Positions 51,201-64,000 of a stretch of 64,000 bases of DNA are shown piece after piece (position 1 is the first letter of the stretch; each line of letters starts with the position of its first letter). A program made the translations under genes and the position numbers. This DNA comes from Daphnia carinata (taxonomy: Eukaryota). A model generated the notes under the pieces. The model was not told where the DNA came from. It worked only from the letters and a program-made list of their open reading frames with translations, and did no database searches. The DNA is taken from positions 1,240,001 to 1,304,000 of the forward strand of contig NC_081331.1 of NCBI RefSeq assembly GCF_022539665.2, given 5' to 3'.

Positions 51201-54200
51201 TTGCAATTCCAGGCGCGGTGGTCGTGACCTGTGAGACTTTAATCAGCCGTTGAAAGATACGATGAAAAATGTAGTCTTCTTAAACGCGCTGCCACAATTT
51301 TTATGAATATGAAACGCGTAGCGAAGTCATTCTCTCACTCGCCATCTCCGTCCCCTCTTTTCCTATGATCCAGCCTCGTCTCGTTGATTAGTTCCCCGCT
51401 AGCGAACTGCTTTGAACTCGAAGCAATATGCCATTAGCAGACGTGGATGGATGGATGCATGGATTATGTCGCCATCAGCTAGACAGACATGCCCGTGTCA
51501 TTTTTATAACAAGAGCTCTCTTTCGTTTATATGGGCAACTGCCACTGCTGCTTTCGAGATGATATGTCCATAGACGTATAGTTCATGAGCAATATAAATG
51601 TATGTAGAAAGGTTTGCCTGTGTACGCAGCGTTCAAACCGTAAACTATGGCGTAACCAACCAGAAGAAAAAGGAAAGCTCTTCTTAAAGTCGTTACGTTT
51701 TTGTTTGTTAAACCCATGGTTGCATAAAAGTTAAACGTATACATCATCACACCATACATTTCTGAGTGGCTGCCGCTGACGTGCTGTACTTTTCCGGGTT
51801 ACGATATTTAATAATTTATGATTAAAAGAAGCTTGAAGCCAAAGGTGTCTTGCGTGTTTCTCGTGAAAGACTTCCGCTTCTCTGAGCATGTTTTGATTTT
51901 ATTTGATTCTCTTTTTTTTTCGTTTCTTCAGCTTTAAAAGAAAACTGACTGCGTGCGCCCTAAGCTTATTATTTAGAGATGTCGCATAACATCGAAAAAG
52001 ACAAGGTTGACGAACAGCTCAGTCTTATAGCTGAGCAATCTTTCAGGCCACGCCAAAATCATATTTGATATTTTCTTTTCGGAGCCGCCTTTTATCTATT
52101 TTCTTTTTACATTTCGCTTTCAAAAGATAACATCTTCCGATGGACTGTATGGAATCCACATCGGCTTTGTACCCTATCTCTTCTTTTTTTTTCTTCTTCT
52201 TCTTATGATGTTCAAACCTCTGCGTACTTGGTAGGAGATGACAAAATACGTCATTCGCTGATTACATTTCAATCTTCAGAGATCCACAGAGACCCTGTTT
52301 TTCACCGGAAAAATAGGCGTCTACACGGACTTAGTGTGTAGCTAGAGAAACTGGTACAGCCTTACAACATCCATCTCTAGCCGGTCACACAGATCACTCA
52401 GTCTTGAGCCAGAGCGGGTCCTTTTTTTCCTGTTAAATCGAGTCAAGATGACCAACGCACTGATGACAACCTTATTACGGTGTTGAACATCAATCGGAAT
52501 TTTTTCAGTATACGTGTACCTCGCTTCAACTCGCAGAGATAAACGATAAAAGCCCATTAGTACGGATGATACGGCAAATAAAGTGATGGAAGCTTGCAAA
52601 AGGGAGAAAAATCCTTGTATGTTTTTTTATTTATTCCAGCTTACGCGTCGATATAATAGCCTTCTTGTTAATGCTGTTGTTACTAATGTCACCCAATCTC
52701 TCATCTACACAACAACAACTAAACAGAACGATGCTGTAGCCTATTTCCTGTTCTTTCTTTGCCCTGCCTGAGCGTCATATTGTTGTTTGGCTTCGACTGT
52801 GTAATTGTGTATAGACGAGCTGCTGGATAAAAGAGAGAAGAACAAAATGGGTGCATCTAGTGTGTCACTGCCGCAGCGTGCTAATCATGTAGATATCTGG
52901 TAACCAGCACAGGAAACATAAACTAAACGACGAACCCTTTCCGCCTCGTCAAATCTTCTTTATTATGGCCTGTAATTTAACGTGGATTATTAGCTATTTT
53001 GTTACTCCTTTCAAATATTTCCCTTTTGTCTTTCGTTTATTAGTTGTTAGTTTCCTGTCTCGATTAGCTGTCAAGGAAGACGAGCTCAATCTCCCATAAT
53101 TAGGTCCCGTTTCTTCGCTTTTTCCATTTTTTTTTTAGTCTTCCATTTTTTAAGCACGTAGATTCCTGAGTTTTAAAGCACCGATTCAAAAAATAATAAT
53201 GAACACACACACAATGAGCTGACGGCGCTCAAAGTGCTAAGTAGATGTTGAAAAAAGCCTAATACCCGCATTTAATTTCCTTTTTCTTCTTGTTTTATGC
53301 TAAAAGACTAGAACAGCACGTAGGCAAGTTTACGAACCCCCAGCGCTAAGCGGTGGAGGATATGGTAGATGTAGTTTATCCCGTTTTTTGTTTTCCTTGC
53401 ATCTTTTTGCCTCTTTCATCCTATACGGAGCGACCTATACGGGCGATCGTTAATCGGGTATAGAGGAGAAAGAGTGCCGTGATCGTCGAAGAAGCTGATG
53501 TGGCATTTAAGTGCAGCCTTTCTTTGGGGAGGTTCCATACAGCTCCTATACTTTTCTTCTAAATCCTATATCGTTCGTTTGCTTCTATTCTTTCCGCATT
53601 TTTTTTTGTTGCTTCTTTTTCATACCTAAAGGCTCATTTTTTTTTTTTTTTGCATGTAATTTTTTTGTTTTTCTTGTTTTCCCTGTCATGAGACTCTACA
53701 GCGCTGCTAAACATGAGTTTAAAGACAAGAGGAAAAGCGAGTGTTTACGTCATTCTCCGTCTCCAATTTCTTGTTTCTTTTCTCCTTCATCTCGTTTGCG
53801 TGGATAGGAAATTGGGTGCAAGCATATTGCGGCCAATAGCACGACCAAGCAATCGACTGATGATGTCTGTGTACATGCAAGGTGATCGATTGCCCTTGTT
53901 ATACAATACTCGGTTGGATGCGCCCTGCTCTTTTTCTCCGTATAAATGGCAAGAGATAATTGGAATTACACAAGGAGAACGCGCACTAGTGAGCGCCAGA
54001 AATCCGCATTGGCTTCCTTTTTCTTTTTTTTTTTTTTTTTTTTGTTCAGTACTTCATATCTAGAAAGAATTCTTGCGAGACGAGATGGGATAGAGATTGA
54101 GAAAAAGAAAGCAGCGAAACCACAAACAAGAGCATGAGCATGAGCAACGGATTTCCAAGAAGGGTTTGCTCGATTCTCGGGAGAACAAAGTCCACGTATA

Positions 54201-57200
54201 CGCTCGAATTATACGTGTCGGTCTATAGGGCGGAGGGAGAGACTATTCGTTTGTATGCGATCCATTCCAAGGTTCTTTTCGTCTTGATTTTCTCTATAAA
54301 TTTACGTCCATATATTATTCTCTTTGCGTGGCTGTGTGTCCACATTCTCCCGCCTTCCTTGTGTATAGTCCTATACTCGCTTACATTAGTCGTTTTTGCA
54401 TAATGAAAGCCAATTGAAAGTGCTCGCCTCCGCATGCGGTTGATGAGAGCCAGTTGTTGTGTACGTCGTCAGGCGGACAGGCCGAACATCAAAGCGAAAA
54501 GTTTTTTTTTTCTTCCCAGAAACTTCATCACGAAAAATACCCAACCGAAAATGGTTCGGTTCAAACTCCGCAGAATGGTAAACAACAAACAACAACGTAA
54601 ATGAATATACAAGGACGTCGTCCACCATAGAAAAAGGATCTAAGTCTTCCCCTCAATTCTCTATTCTATTCAAGTTCCTAACATCGAGATTTTTGGAATC
54701 TCTTCCTTCATACGCCCTTTTCCCAGAATCTTGAACGAAGACTGCGCTGCAAATCCAGGATTTCTAAAGCCACTGATTTTCAATGTGCGTATAATAACTA
54801 ATTCACTAACAAATGTATACGAAAATAACTCCTTCTTCTTTAGAAAACACTTGGAATCTCCCGGCATGAACATTGTGACTTGTTGCTTTCAAAACTTGAA
54901 ATTGACTCGAATTAAATAAATGGAAGGTCTCCTACGTCAGTGCGTGTCCAGATCGATCGCTGGCGGAGCACATAATGTAAAGGTCGCACGAAAGCGTATT
55001 GCGCACTATTTATTGACTACATCATTCAACCGTGGTCTTCATCGAAACAGCCATCGTTCTAGCTAGTTGATCGAGAACCTACAACATCCGTCATCTTTCC
55101 CTTCTTTTGACTCACAATGAACGATAAGCTGCTAGGCTCTTGCGTATTGTTGGCCAGCTTAGCGTACCCATAGGTCCATGTAGCATCAACTTTAAGGTTG
55201 GACGGACATGTGATCTATCGTGGCTCGATCTACTTACACATGTCGTCCTGACGTTCTGGCTCGATAGCATCTCGCCAGTGTAATGAAAATATATCGGCCT
55301 CGTGACAGGTGAAGAAGACGGAAAGAGGTGAGCTGGTGGTGTGTGACATTGTCTACTGTCGCACGATCTTGATCAATGGTTTTGCTCTACAGTGTCATAT
55401 ACAAGGCTAAATCTTCCATGTATTCCAATGTTATTGATTGCGTTTCGGGGGAAAAATACGTGTTTTTTTCTTCCTCTTTTATTATTTGGTGTCCGGACAA
55501 GAACTGAAGGAAGATGGGAATTTGCCCGGAACGTTGCGTTTAACGGTAACGTAAACATAAACAAAGAGTACACGGGATCAAATATCTCACCTTGAGTGGC
55601 TCTGACGGCGCTCGCATCGTACCGAAACGGACGTCGTTACTCAAACGAACCTGCCAACAGCAACAAATAACAAAGAAACAAAAGAATTAAAAAAAAAAAA
55701 AAAGAAAACTGGGGAAAAGAATAGACTAGCTAAAGCTAAAAGGACGTAAAGGTTTTACATAAATAGCTTAATAACTTATCGGCGAAAACCCAAGAAACAA
55801 AACAAAGAACTGCTAATTGTGTAGGACTCGCGTTATAACTTATGAACAGCGTGAAGTCATTGGCTATTGTTGAAATTTTCTTTTTCGTCTTTTCTACAGA
55901 ACGCAATTATAACAAATCAATCGATTATTGTAGTTTGTATGTGACATCCTGTTCGTTCTCTACGTACCCCATTCTCCAGCTGAGTCGGACTGGTACTGTT
56001 CAGGTCGCCGCTGTTACCTCGTCGATACTTTCCTGTTGTCGAATTGTCTGTGTAATATATATATTCAAAAACAAAAAAGATGTAAGAAAAATGGCACGTC
56101 AATATCGAAAAGAGGAAACTGTACATCCTTTATGCACAGTTCATAATATATTCGTGCGCTTTCCAAACGAGAAAACAGAGAATTTGGAATACGAATTTTT
56201 TTTTTAAAATGCCACTGACAGGTGTGGTGCGGACAAAAGGTGAAATCTCTTTAGTATTAAAAAGAGTTTTAAATAACTGCGGTGTTTAGTGGCGAGAGAC
56301 TTGGGCATTAGGAGGATGCGTAGAGAAAAGGATAAGCATCAGTCATGTGTCGCGTTATCACAAAAATTGCCGGTGATTAACAGCCCATCCCAGCTGATTA
56401 CGTTGAATTTGACTAATGAGATTTTTAAAATCCGTTTCGCGCTTTTATAACTGCCGGCAATAGACGGAGCCCATGCACATCCTACATCTGAAAGCCTTTT
56501 GAATGATAAAAGGTAAAAACGTAATGACGAAATCGGACCTTGCCTTGTCCGTTTCGACAACTAGCCAGCAGGACCCACCGTCATCAGCAACACAGCACAT
56601 GACGTCCAATCAATTACGAATAATGTAGGAGAGGAACAAAAAAAAAGCGAAACATAAAAAGAAAAGTAGAAGGAAGCAGAAAAGAGAATCAAATAAGGAG
56701 CGCCGCGTGTCCGCCTTCAATTTTTCCTTATCTCAGCGTCACTACCTCCTCCTATCTGAGACGGCCCAATCTATCGCAGCTTAAACGAGATCCTTGAGTT
56801 GATGAAGAAGAAGAAGAACAATTTCTTATCTTGTCCACACTTTGGTCGCACGAAACATAAAGAAAAAAAAAAAAAGAAAGAAAGAACGAAAGTGGTGGCT
56901 CGTTGTGTATGAGTTGAGTAGCCCGTCGGTTGGGAAGGTGATCAAGTTCCGGCACGAAGTGCTAAGGCCTTGAGTTTGTTCATCACGTACTGTACATATA
57001 TGTAGAAAGCGAATAAAAACCTTAGTGGGTGTACATTTGCGTCTGCCGATCGATCCATCGCCTTGTCCCCTGTAAGGTAAGGTCGCAACGGAATATTCTA
57101 TAGCGGACGTACCCGATTCTACATACAATTGCCTTTTCCAGCAGCAAGTGGATTGTCGCTGATGTTCGTGCACTCAGGCGGAAATCCGCCCCGCGTTTAA

Positions 57201-60200
57201 AGAAAGACACACAATTTCAGCAAATTTCAGCTACAAAAAGCTACGTCTATAATGAAACGCCGTTGCTGAGACGCAGTCGACGAGAGCCGTGTTCAAATCT
57301 CGAATGGCGCCAAAGACGACGTCCGCCCCAAAGAAATCAAATAGTCCAAATTCGGGGGGAATGAAAACAAAAGGAAATACAAGTCCTGTCTATGTGTATA
57401 GAATGAAAATTATTTGCAGCCGTCACGTACGTATATTCGCCTCATACGTGATGCGCTTCAGAGAAATACGCAGAGAAAAAAGAAACAAATTCGAATACAT
57501 TTGAATTCTCCTTGACGGCCAGTTGGACGGACGCAAAAAAAAAAACAAGAACAAAAAATGGAGTCACGTTTTTCTGTCTTCTCTTTCGTCGTATTCGGCT
57601 ATTTCAAATATACGACTAACGTTTCTATATAACGCCATCGAGCAATGGCCGAGGCTGAGCCGGACACATTCCATGCTCGCCAGAAGTTCCGTGCGTTTGA
57701 ACAACATACATCACATGTCAGCCGGATAGCAGCCACTAGCCCAGCTTCGGCAAAACGTAAACAAAAAAATAAATAAAGAAACGGGAGAGACTAACAGTTC
57801 TTCATCCGCTTGGTAGGAGAGAGGTAGAGAGGAGAGATAGAGAAATACAAAAGCGGCTGAGACTGATGGACGGACGAGCCAAACCTCAAAGTCGCCAACA
57901 TTTGTAACTCCGTTCGCCGCTCTTGTTGCTATTCTCGTCTATAAATCTATGCAGATATCGGGCCCATTCGCAATCATGTCATGTTCCGGCTCAAGTTGTT
58001 GTTTTTTGGAGGGGGGGGGGGGGGAGGGATAGAAGTCTATATCGTCGTGCAAGCGCAATTGGTCCTTGGCAAAACCAAAAACGAAGATGTGACTAGTTTA
58101 TGTATGCAGGATTAGCCGTACGATAAATCGAAACGCGCGGATATACGAGGTGTATTTGCACACACACACACACACACGTGCGCTTACAACAAACAAAATT
58201 GTACGGATGACGTCAGTCAGCCAGCAAATCCATCCATCATTCAGGCTTCTTTTTTTTTTTTTTTTCATTCTTTTTCATTCTTTTTTTTTTCCAAAATGTG
58301 TGTAGTAAATACTGATGTTGTACAGACAGGGTACAGATTGAGTCGGAAGCGACGCCATGGCGAGTAACTAATACAATCACTTGCGCCTTAGCGTAGAAGC
58401 CTAATTGTTTATAGTATCAAAATAGTATTGCAGAACCAGGCGGAACGCCGCTCAAATTTGCTATTTTTTTAGATTATATTATTGAATCGATTTCGCTGTG
58501 GAAACACAAAAAAAAAAAAAAAAAAAGCAGAGAAATGGGGCCAAGAAAATGAAGTAAAAATTACTTGGTTATATAGCACAAAAAAAAAAAATAAATAAAT
58601 GATTCGACCACGGCCAGCGTCATTCATTTTTCTATACTTGGGCCGAGTCGATGATCAATCAAAACGGCGTTTGATAGATCGACGTGACTTTGCTCGACGG
58701 TCGACCAAGACTTGATTCCCCCCGTTGCATGAAAAAAGAAGCCGGTTTTCTTTCAACAGAAATGTTCTACCTTGTTTTACTTTGCCTTCCATTTCAGTTG
58801 CGAGAAGAAGAAGAAAAAAAAAAGAAGGATTGGGCGGCGTTAATGGAAAAGTCTTACTCCCTACACCGCTGTTGGCAATGTTGGCGGGGGATTTAACTAG
58901 CCAAACATCGTTTTCCATTGAAAAACACAAAACTTTTGTTTCAATTCCCCTCCGATTTTTTTTTAAATTTTCGTAGATCGCATCTGTCCAATGGCCGCTG
59001 GCTAATACACAGTCAGACAAGTTCCAAAATGTTCACCGAATCCAATGAACTCGATAGTGCGTCACACGAAAAAAAACAAAAAAAACTGCCCTTTTCCCTT
59101 TGTGTGTGGCCCCCTGTCGTCAAAATATGCATGTCCGGGAGTTCATTGGGTGCGATGTACCGTGACCTATAAAAAAAAAAAATTGAGTTGGACCTCTAAT
59201 TTATGGCCCGTCTGACAATAGGGAACAACTTGCACGCACACTAAAAAAAAAAAAAAAAAAAAAAAAAACTTAAAAAGGAAAATGACGAATAAAAAAATAA
59301 TAAAGGAGGAACCGAGTAGGAATCCCGCAAAACAAAAAGAAACATCGTTGATGATTCGCAGAACCGCTTTGCCGTGTTTGTTGTTGCCCGTTGTATTTTT
59401 CGGCCCCCGTTTGTTTTGGCTGTTCGTCCACCACCCAAAAAGCACAAAAAAAAAAAGAACTGAGTAACAAGAAAAAAGAAAAGAAATTCCCGACACCATT
59501 CCTTTGCGATGTGTATCCGCTGCCGCCACGAGACAAAACAGCACTATTCCTTTCACGGTGTTGCTTTGTTGGCGTCACGCAACACACCCAGTTGGTTAGA
59601 ATTGACCAATTGCTGGTATATACGTCTATGCCATTGTATCACTAGGTATAAACGAGAAGAAAACCTTTCCTTTTCCTTTTATTTTGTCTTCGATTTTTTT
59701 TTTTTTTTTAACTTTCGCGTTTTTTTTCTAGGGGCCCTACCTTTCGCTTATACGGTCATGGATCATCTCGTGTTATGATTGTAGATAGGGCAAGGTGTGT
59801 TAGATAACCATGTCTGTATTCAGATGTTCAGGCACCGTAGAATTTTGGGTAGGGTCACGAAAGGGGGCCGCAATGACTTCAAAGTTATATGTAGAGCCTA
59901 CGTAATAACTTTACAACATCATTCGAGCCTATCCCCTTTTCTTTTGTGTTAGGTCTAGTCAGCTGTGGGCCTAATGCGTGTAATGTATCAAACCGATTTC
60001 GTTAGCGTCCGCTTGGAGAGCCTCTTGGATGGCCACAACGTTTTCACTATTATTCATGCGACCTTTCCTTTTTGTTGCTTCTATCCTTCCTTTAGCTAGC
60101 CCGTTACAACGTATATTACTCCTACACGTAATACTTTCTACGCAAAAACAGTAAGAGTTTCGTCTTTTTATTTGTTTTTTAAACATCTTGGCTTCTTTTC

Positions 60201-60931
60201 TCTGGTCAAGACGTAAGAGATCCTTTTATTCTTTTAACATTTTATTTATTTATTTATTCTTTTTTTTCTTCTTTTTAGTGAGGCAAACAAAGACGACGTC
60301 TTCGATGTCATAATGACTGGCAGGTGCGGGAACTGGCAGTGCGTCGTAAAAAAAAACTCGTCACAAATTCATGAGAGTTAAAAGCAAAAGAAAAAAAAAA
60401 GGGGTTCGCCGTCACCGTAGAACCCCATCCGAAGGTGTGAGATAATCGTAAAAAGAGCGACCCGTCAACGCAAAACAATCATGTAAATCGCCTTACGATT
60501 AAATAAAGAGTCATTCATTTGTAGGGGAGCGCAGCTATCGCCAATGGCGTTCTACTATTGCATTTTGATTTTCTCCGTTAATGCGTGCGTTTCCCGGGAA
60601 TTTCGGTACGATACGGGAAAGAATTAAAAACAAAACGAAGGAATATTTGAAGAGAAGAAAAGATCGTCGTTGTCATAAAGAGAAAAAATAAAGAAACTGA
60701 GATGAAGAAGATGAAATTTCAAGTTCGGGCGACGTAAGAAAAGGTACGTGTAACAAATTCACATTGGACAAAGACGAAGGTTCGCCAGTGATATATGGCC
60801 AGTTGGGTGATACACACACAGGTGAGTGAAGAGAAAAGAAAAAAAACTATATACAAAAAAAAAGAAACAAGGAACAAGAAAAATAAATAAATAAAAGACA
60901 GAAGAAGAAGAAGAAGAAAGAAAAAGAAGGA

Positions 60932-60980
<49 letters not shown>

Positions 60981-63344
60981 TCTGGCGCAGCTATGCCAGG
61001 TATGCGGATCCTGATTATTCAACGACGCCCGTCAACAAAACGTAATAGCTTTCAAAAGAAAAAGAAGAAGAAGAAGAAGAAGAAAAAAAAAGGGGGCCAG
61101 GGACGGGACGCACATCTTCTGACCGACGTTCGCCCAAGTGCGGGCAGTCGCATGCGCCCGGGCTCGTGTGTTGTCGTGCTGCGCGTTAAAAGCGACTGTT
61201 AACTGACTTTTTTTTTTTTTCCTTTCGTTCTGGCACTTCTTTCTCTTCTCCTTCTCTCTCCCCTATTCTTTTGATGGTTTCGTTTCTTCGAAAAAAAAAA
61301 CAAACAAACAAATGAAGCGTAAAATGGATACGTGAATACCTTTATGCACGCACACACGCTAAAGTATATCCCTCCCCATTTTAGTTTCTTTCGTTTTTAT
61401 TCACGAACCCATCGACCGATCGACGACCTGAAAAATGGCTCTTTTTCTTTTCTTTTCTTTTTTTTTTTTCTCGTTCGCAAAATCGCGCAAAGAACCGGAC
61501 GAATACCTGGGAGGTTTTTTTTGGTCAAAAGAGGTGATGGTGATGTCGAAATGACAATGGAGACGTTTGATTGATTTCGGGTTGTCATTTCCCTCTGCCT
61601 TGATTTCGAGCCGTTATTTTACCTTTCACCCGCATCGAACCGGTTGACTTCTTATTTCTCTTTGTCCACAAGAATCAGACGAAATGGGCCTGCAAGGACG
61701 TGTAGACGTGGAGTTCCTGGGCGTACGTGCGTGTCGTCACCTCAACCACTGGATTGGTGGTACAGACATCGTCGTTTGTCACCTCTCACCTGTTACACCT
61801 TACATGCCACCGCAGCCAAATGTCCCTTTTTGCTGTTTAGAATATTTCATGCACGTGGATTGGTACAAGGCTCTTCTGATTAGAGGAGTCGTTAAGAGAA
61901 AAGGTAAGAAACATCCACGTGATTAAGGCCCACCCTTGCACGAGTTTTAAATGTCCATCTCGTGAATTTTGTGTTGTCCCGTACTCATCAATAATAATTT
62001 GTTCTAATTCCTGTAATTGGTTTCTCTCAGATTCACCTGATTTACTGTTATTCGACAGTCAAAAGCTCGTCGTTATAAACGAGACTATGATACGCACACA
62101 CATACGCGCTAGTTAATCAGTCTTACAATTACGCCAGACAGACCAACATCTACGTGCCATGGCTTCTGTCTGTTGTCTTAGACGTCGTGTTGGGGGTCTA
62201 AACAGGAAAAAGGTGCGGATATAACTGGAGCTGTTATGGCAGGAAAAGACGAAACAAAATATATATATATAAGAAAAATTGAAAGAAAGAACGTTCAAGT
62301 TTTTCGGCTACACACGCACACACTGCCATTGCCTCTGCTAGCCGAAATATATAAATGTCAATATGGCTGTTGCTGCCCTGGCGCCTTGGTATAAATACAC
62401 GACGGCCATAGAGCAGCCCACATGGATAGTTAGTTATAGTTAGTTAGCCTATACTTCACGAGCGGAAAGGTGATGACACGACTGCATCTTCTTCCCCCCT
62501 TTTTATTTATTTTTTTTTTTTTTCGTTCTTAAAGGACCTTCTGATTTTTGTGGATGGACGGCGGTGGCGTCCGATATGGACGCGTGTGAGGCTTGCTAAT
62601 AATAAGACAACACGCATCAACTATCAGCCGCATCCCTAACTGGCGTTCCTCGCTCTTGACGACAGCGCCATATCTTTTTCTTTGCATCTTGACCCTGTCT
62701 TTTGTTTAGGCAAACCTCACACAATTCATATGTATGTGTATTGCATCTGAAGCGCGCCTACAGATTGCCTAATCAGCTGTTTGATGTGGATTGATTGAAT
62801 CGCAAGATAAGACGGCAGGGAGGGTAGGTAGGTAAACTTAAAACGAAGGCAACCTGTCGGTTGAGTGGGTTACACACAAGCCGTGATTGTAATGAATATT
62901 ACCGACAATGGTTGCGTCGTCGTGATAGGCCACGAATTCATCAAAGCATTCGTCAATGTCGATTTTAAAAGGTTCCGCTATGCTAATCGCTTTTTAAAAA
63001 GGAAAATATTTAAATAGCACGTGGAAGGCAAGAAGAAAAAAAGAAATGTGATTGTTCAAAGGTTGAAGCAACAAAAAGATGTGCTTACCTAACGACGGCC
63101 TGTTGTCAGTGTTGCTGGGATTGCGGACAATACGCAGGGCCTGTTGCTGTTGTGTTTGCTGGGAAATTACATTATTAGTAGCCAGGGCGACGCTGCGATT
63201 GCCCTTCTCGTCGTTGTGATGATGATGGTTGTCGGGCAGCACGGTGGTCACGTTGTTCGGCGGTGATGAATTGGCCGATGATGAATGCCGTCTCTGGCGG
63301 TGGCTGCCGCCACCGAGAGGCAGTTGACTCGTAGCGCAACCCAT
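39076..63344 (-). CDS. Pde8: High-affinity cAMP-specific, IBMX-insensitive-type 3',5'-cyclic nucleotide phosphodiesterase 8; spliced gene span, about 950 aa
   Basis: 18 phase-consistent exons: 63344-63089, 56047-55968, 55650-55591, 49994-49711, 48470-48411, 45624-45567, 45450-45321, 45228-44946, 43601-43435, 43345-43212, 43078-42971, 42745-42549, 42466-42188, 41509-41382, 40978-40833, 40580-40425, 39992-39863, 39272-39076 (2853 nt). Architecture is MGCA start, REC-like domain, PAS domain and catalytic domain. Motifs: [49 protein letters not shown]. Confidence 0.93.
39863..39992 (-). CDS. Pde8: PDE8 exon 17 (invariant Gln region)
   Basis: attag|ACG ... GAC G|gtaaaa. Translates [43 protein letters not shown]. 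Confidence 0.94.
40425..40580 (-). CDS. Pde8: PDE8 exon 16
   Basis: attcag|CCG ... CAG|gtgaga. Translates ...[34 protein letters not shown]. Confidence 0.92.
40833..40978 (-). CDS. Pde8: PDE8 exon 15
   Basis: ttgaag|GA ATG ... GAG|gtatag. Translates [32 protein letters not shown]... Confidence 0.9.
41382..41509 (-). CDS. Pde8: PDE8 exon 14
   Basis: catctag|C GGT ... AAA G|gtatgt. Translates [43 protein letters not shown]. Confidence 0.93.
42188..42466 (-). CDS. Pde8: PDE8 exon 13 (metal-binding His/Asp motifs)
   Basis: tttcag|G CCG ... ACC AG|gtattt. Contains [12 protein letters not shown] and [10 protein letters not shown]. Confidence 0.95.
42549..42745 (-). CDS. Pde8: PDE8 exon 12
   Basis: cacacag|GGA ... 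AAA CG|gtgag. Translates ...[21 protein letters not shown]. Confidence 0.9.
42971..43078 (-). CDS. Pde8: PDE8 exon 11
   Basis: ttccag|GTA ... CTG|gttagt. Translates [36 protein letters not shown]. Confidence 0.9.
43212..43345 (-). CDS. Pde8: PDE8 exon 10
   Basis: aaacag|GA GCA ... AAG|gtatag. Translates [44 protein letters not shown], matching the PDE8-conserved [16 protein letters not shown] segment. Confidence 0.92.
43435..43601 (-). CDS. Pde8: PDE8 exon 9 (end of PAS and linker)
   Basis: aaatag|A AAC ... GAT G|gtattt. Translates [13 protein letters not shown]...[14 protein letters not shown]. The acceptor is uncertain. Confidence 0.8.
44946..45228 (-). CDS. Pde8: PDE8 exon 8 (PAS domain)
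   Basis: ctacag|AA CTG. Translates [34 protein letters not shown]...EWEG...RRRTGD. The 3' boundary is modelled as a GC donor and is uncertain. Confidence 0.85.
45321..45450 (-). CDS. Pde8: PDE8 exon 7
   Basis: caccag|TGT ... AGG G|gtataa. Translates [43 protein letters not shown]. Confidence 0.87.
45567..45624 (-). CDS. Pde8: PDE8 exon 6 (REC-like)
   Basis: tttacag|T TTA ... CGG|gtaggc, phase 2->0. Translates [19 protein letters not shown]. Confidence 0.8.
48411..48470 (-). CDS. Pde8: PDE8 exon 5 (REC-like, 60 nt)
   Basis: ttacag|G TGG ... CGA AA|gtaagt, phase 2->2. Translates [19 protein letters not shown]. Confidence 0.85.
49711..49994 (-). CDS. Pde8: PDE8 exon 4 (start of REC-like domain)
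   Basis: ctttag|GTA ATG ... TGC AG|gtgacg. Translates [21 protein letters not shown]...LIVIDRR...EVDALCR. Confidence 0.9.
55591..55650 (-). CDS. Pde8: PDE8 exon 3 (60 nt)
   Basis: tggcag|GTT ... AAG|gtgag. Translates [20 protein letters not shown], resembling the DVQFGPMR segment of vertebrate PDE8A. Confidence 0.85.
55968..56047 (-). CDS. Pde8: PDE8 exon 2 (low-complexity linker)
   Basis: acacag|AC AAT ... GGG|gtacgt. Translates [27 protein letters not shown] and supplies the required phase 1->0 bridge. No homology support. Confidence 0.65.
60937..60976. repeat. (AG)20 microsatellite in a long polypurine tract
   Basis: Read directly; flanked by (GAA)n and A-rich runs from about 60830 to 61090. 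Confidence 0.95.
63089..63344 (-). CDS. Pde8: PDE8 exon 1 (MGC lipidation-type N-terminus)
   Basis: Begins ATG GGT TGC (MGCATSQ...), like the MGCAPS start of vertebrate PDE8. Strong donor TTA G|gtaagc. Confidence 0.85.
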
Positions 63345-64000
63345 AATTTCTTCCTTTCTTCGTCACTTTTGCACGGCACTGCACACAATAGCACTGTACA
63401 CTCGAGGTTCACGTAGTGGCATCAATAAAAAAAAACACTTGATGAGCTCGGCTGGAACCCCTGTCCGATTTGTCACTCACGTCACGCACCGTCCCCCTTC
63501 GTCTATTCGTTTTTTCTTTGCCTCTGTAATGAAGTTCAAACAATCCCCCGCCCTCCCTCACCTGGCCAGCAACACAAAATCCCCGCGTTGGAGTTTTGCT
63601 GTTGAAAGTTTGTTTTTCTTTTGTGTGTGTGTTTTCTTGGTCAATATTCGAAAGGGGAAAAAGAAAAAAAAAAAAAAAGGGGAAGAGTCTGGTGAGCGAA
63701 TTTTGTGGGCTTTCCTATAGAATCCGGAACGATCCGCTTACAACATCCTGGATGGAGGGGAGAAATAAAGATGACCGTACCACCATTGAGTAGTGAATAC
63801 ACGCGCTCGTCACAACCGAATGAAAATTCTTTTTTTTGCTTGGCTGGGTGGATTTTGTTTTGTTTGTTTTGTTCTTTGGTCGCCACAAACTCAAACTGTA
63901 CGTCTGTTTGTTGGCTATTGACACAATGGGTACGTCATGGAATTGACGGATCGGACGAAAGGCAAAAAGCGGAAGAAAAAAAAAGGAAATTGACAAGCAC

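Noticed and set aside
56400..56490. Alternative phase 1->0 candidate for PDE8 exon 2 ([12 protein letters not shown]...)
   Set aside because: Splice context is weaker than at 56047-55968, an upstream AG competes, and there is no homology support.

Overview
This is eukaryotic genomic DNA, AT-rich, with canonical GT-AG introns, many only about 60-130 nt. An arthropod source, possibly a Daphnia-like crustacean, is my inference. I reconstructed four spliced protein-coding genes by hand, checking exon phases. (1) A minus-strand two-Ig-domain Dpr-family cell-surface protein: 6 coding exons, 27807->3048, about 371 aa, with a 15.5-kb first coding intron. (2) CDK2AP1/DOC-1: plus strand, 3 coding exons, 35079-35601, 98 aa. 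(3) DPH7/WDR85: plus strand, 2 exons, 35610-36709, 346 aa. (4) A minus-strand PDE8 cAMP phosphodiesterase: MGC N-terminus, REC-like, PAS and catalytic domains, 18 coding exons, 63344->39076, about 950 aa. The most striking observation is that the DPH7 ATG lies only 8 nt after the CDK2AP1 stop codon, which points to a bicistronic or shared transcription unit. Other candidates are a GC-AG intron or extra exon in the PDE8 PAS domain, alternative PDE8 first and last exons, a Dpr stalk cassette exon, and a duplicated promoter-like module in the large Dpr intron. Most ORFs in the six-frame track are intronic noise. I recognised no tRNA, rRNA, CRISPR array or coding transposon. Family calls rest on motif recognition from memory, not on database searches.
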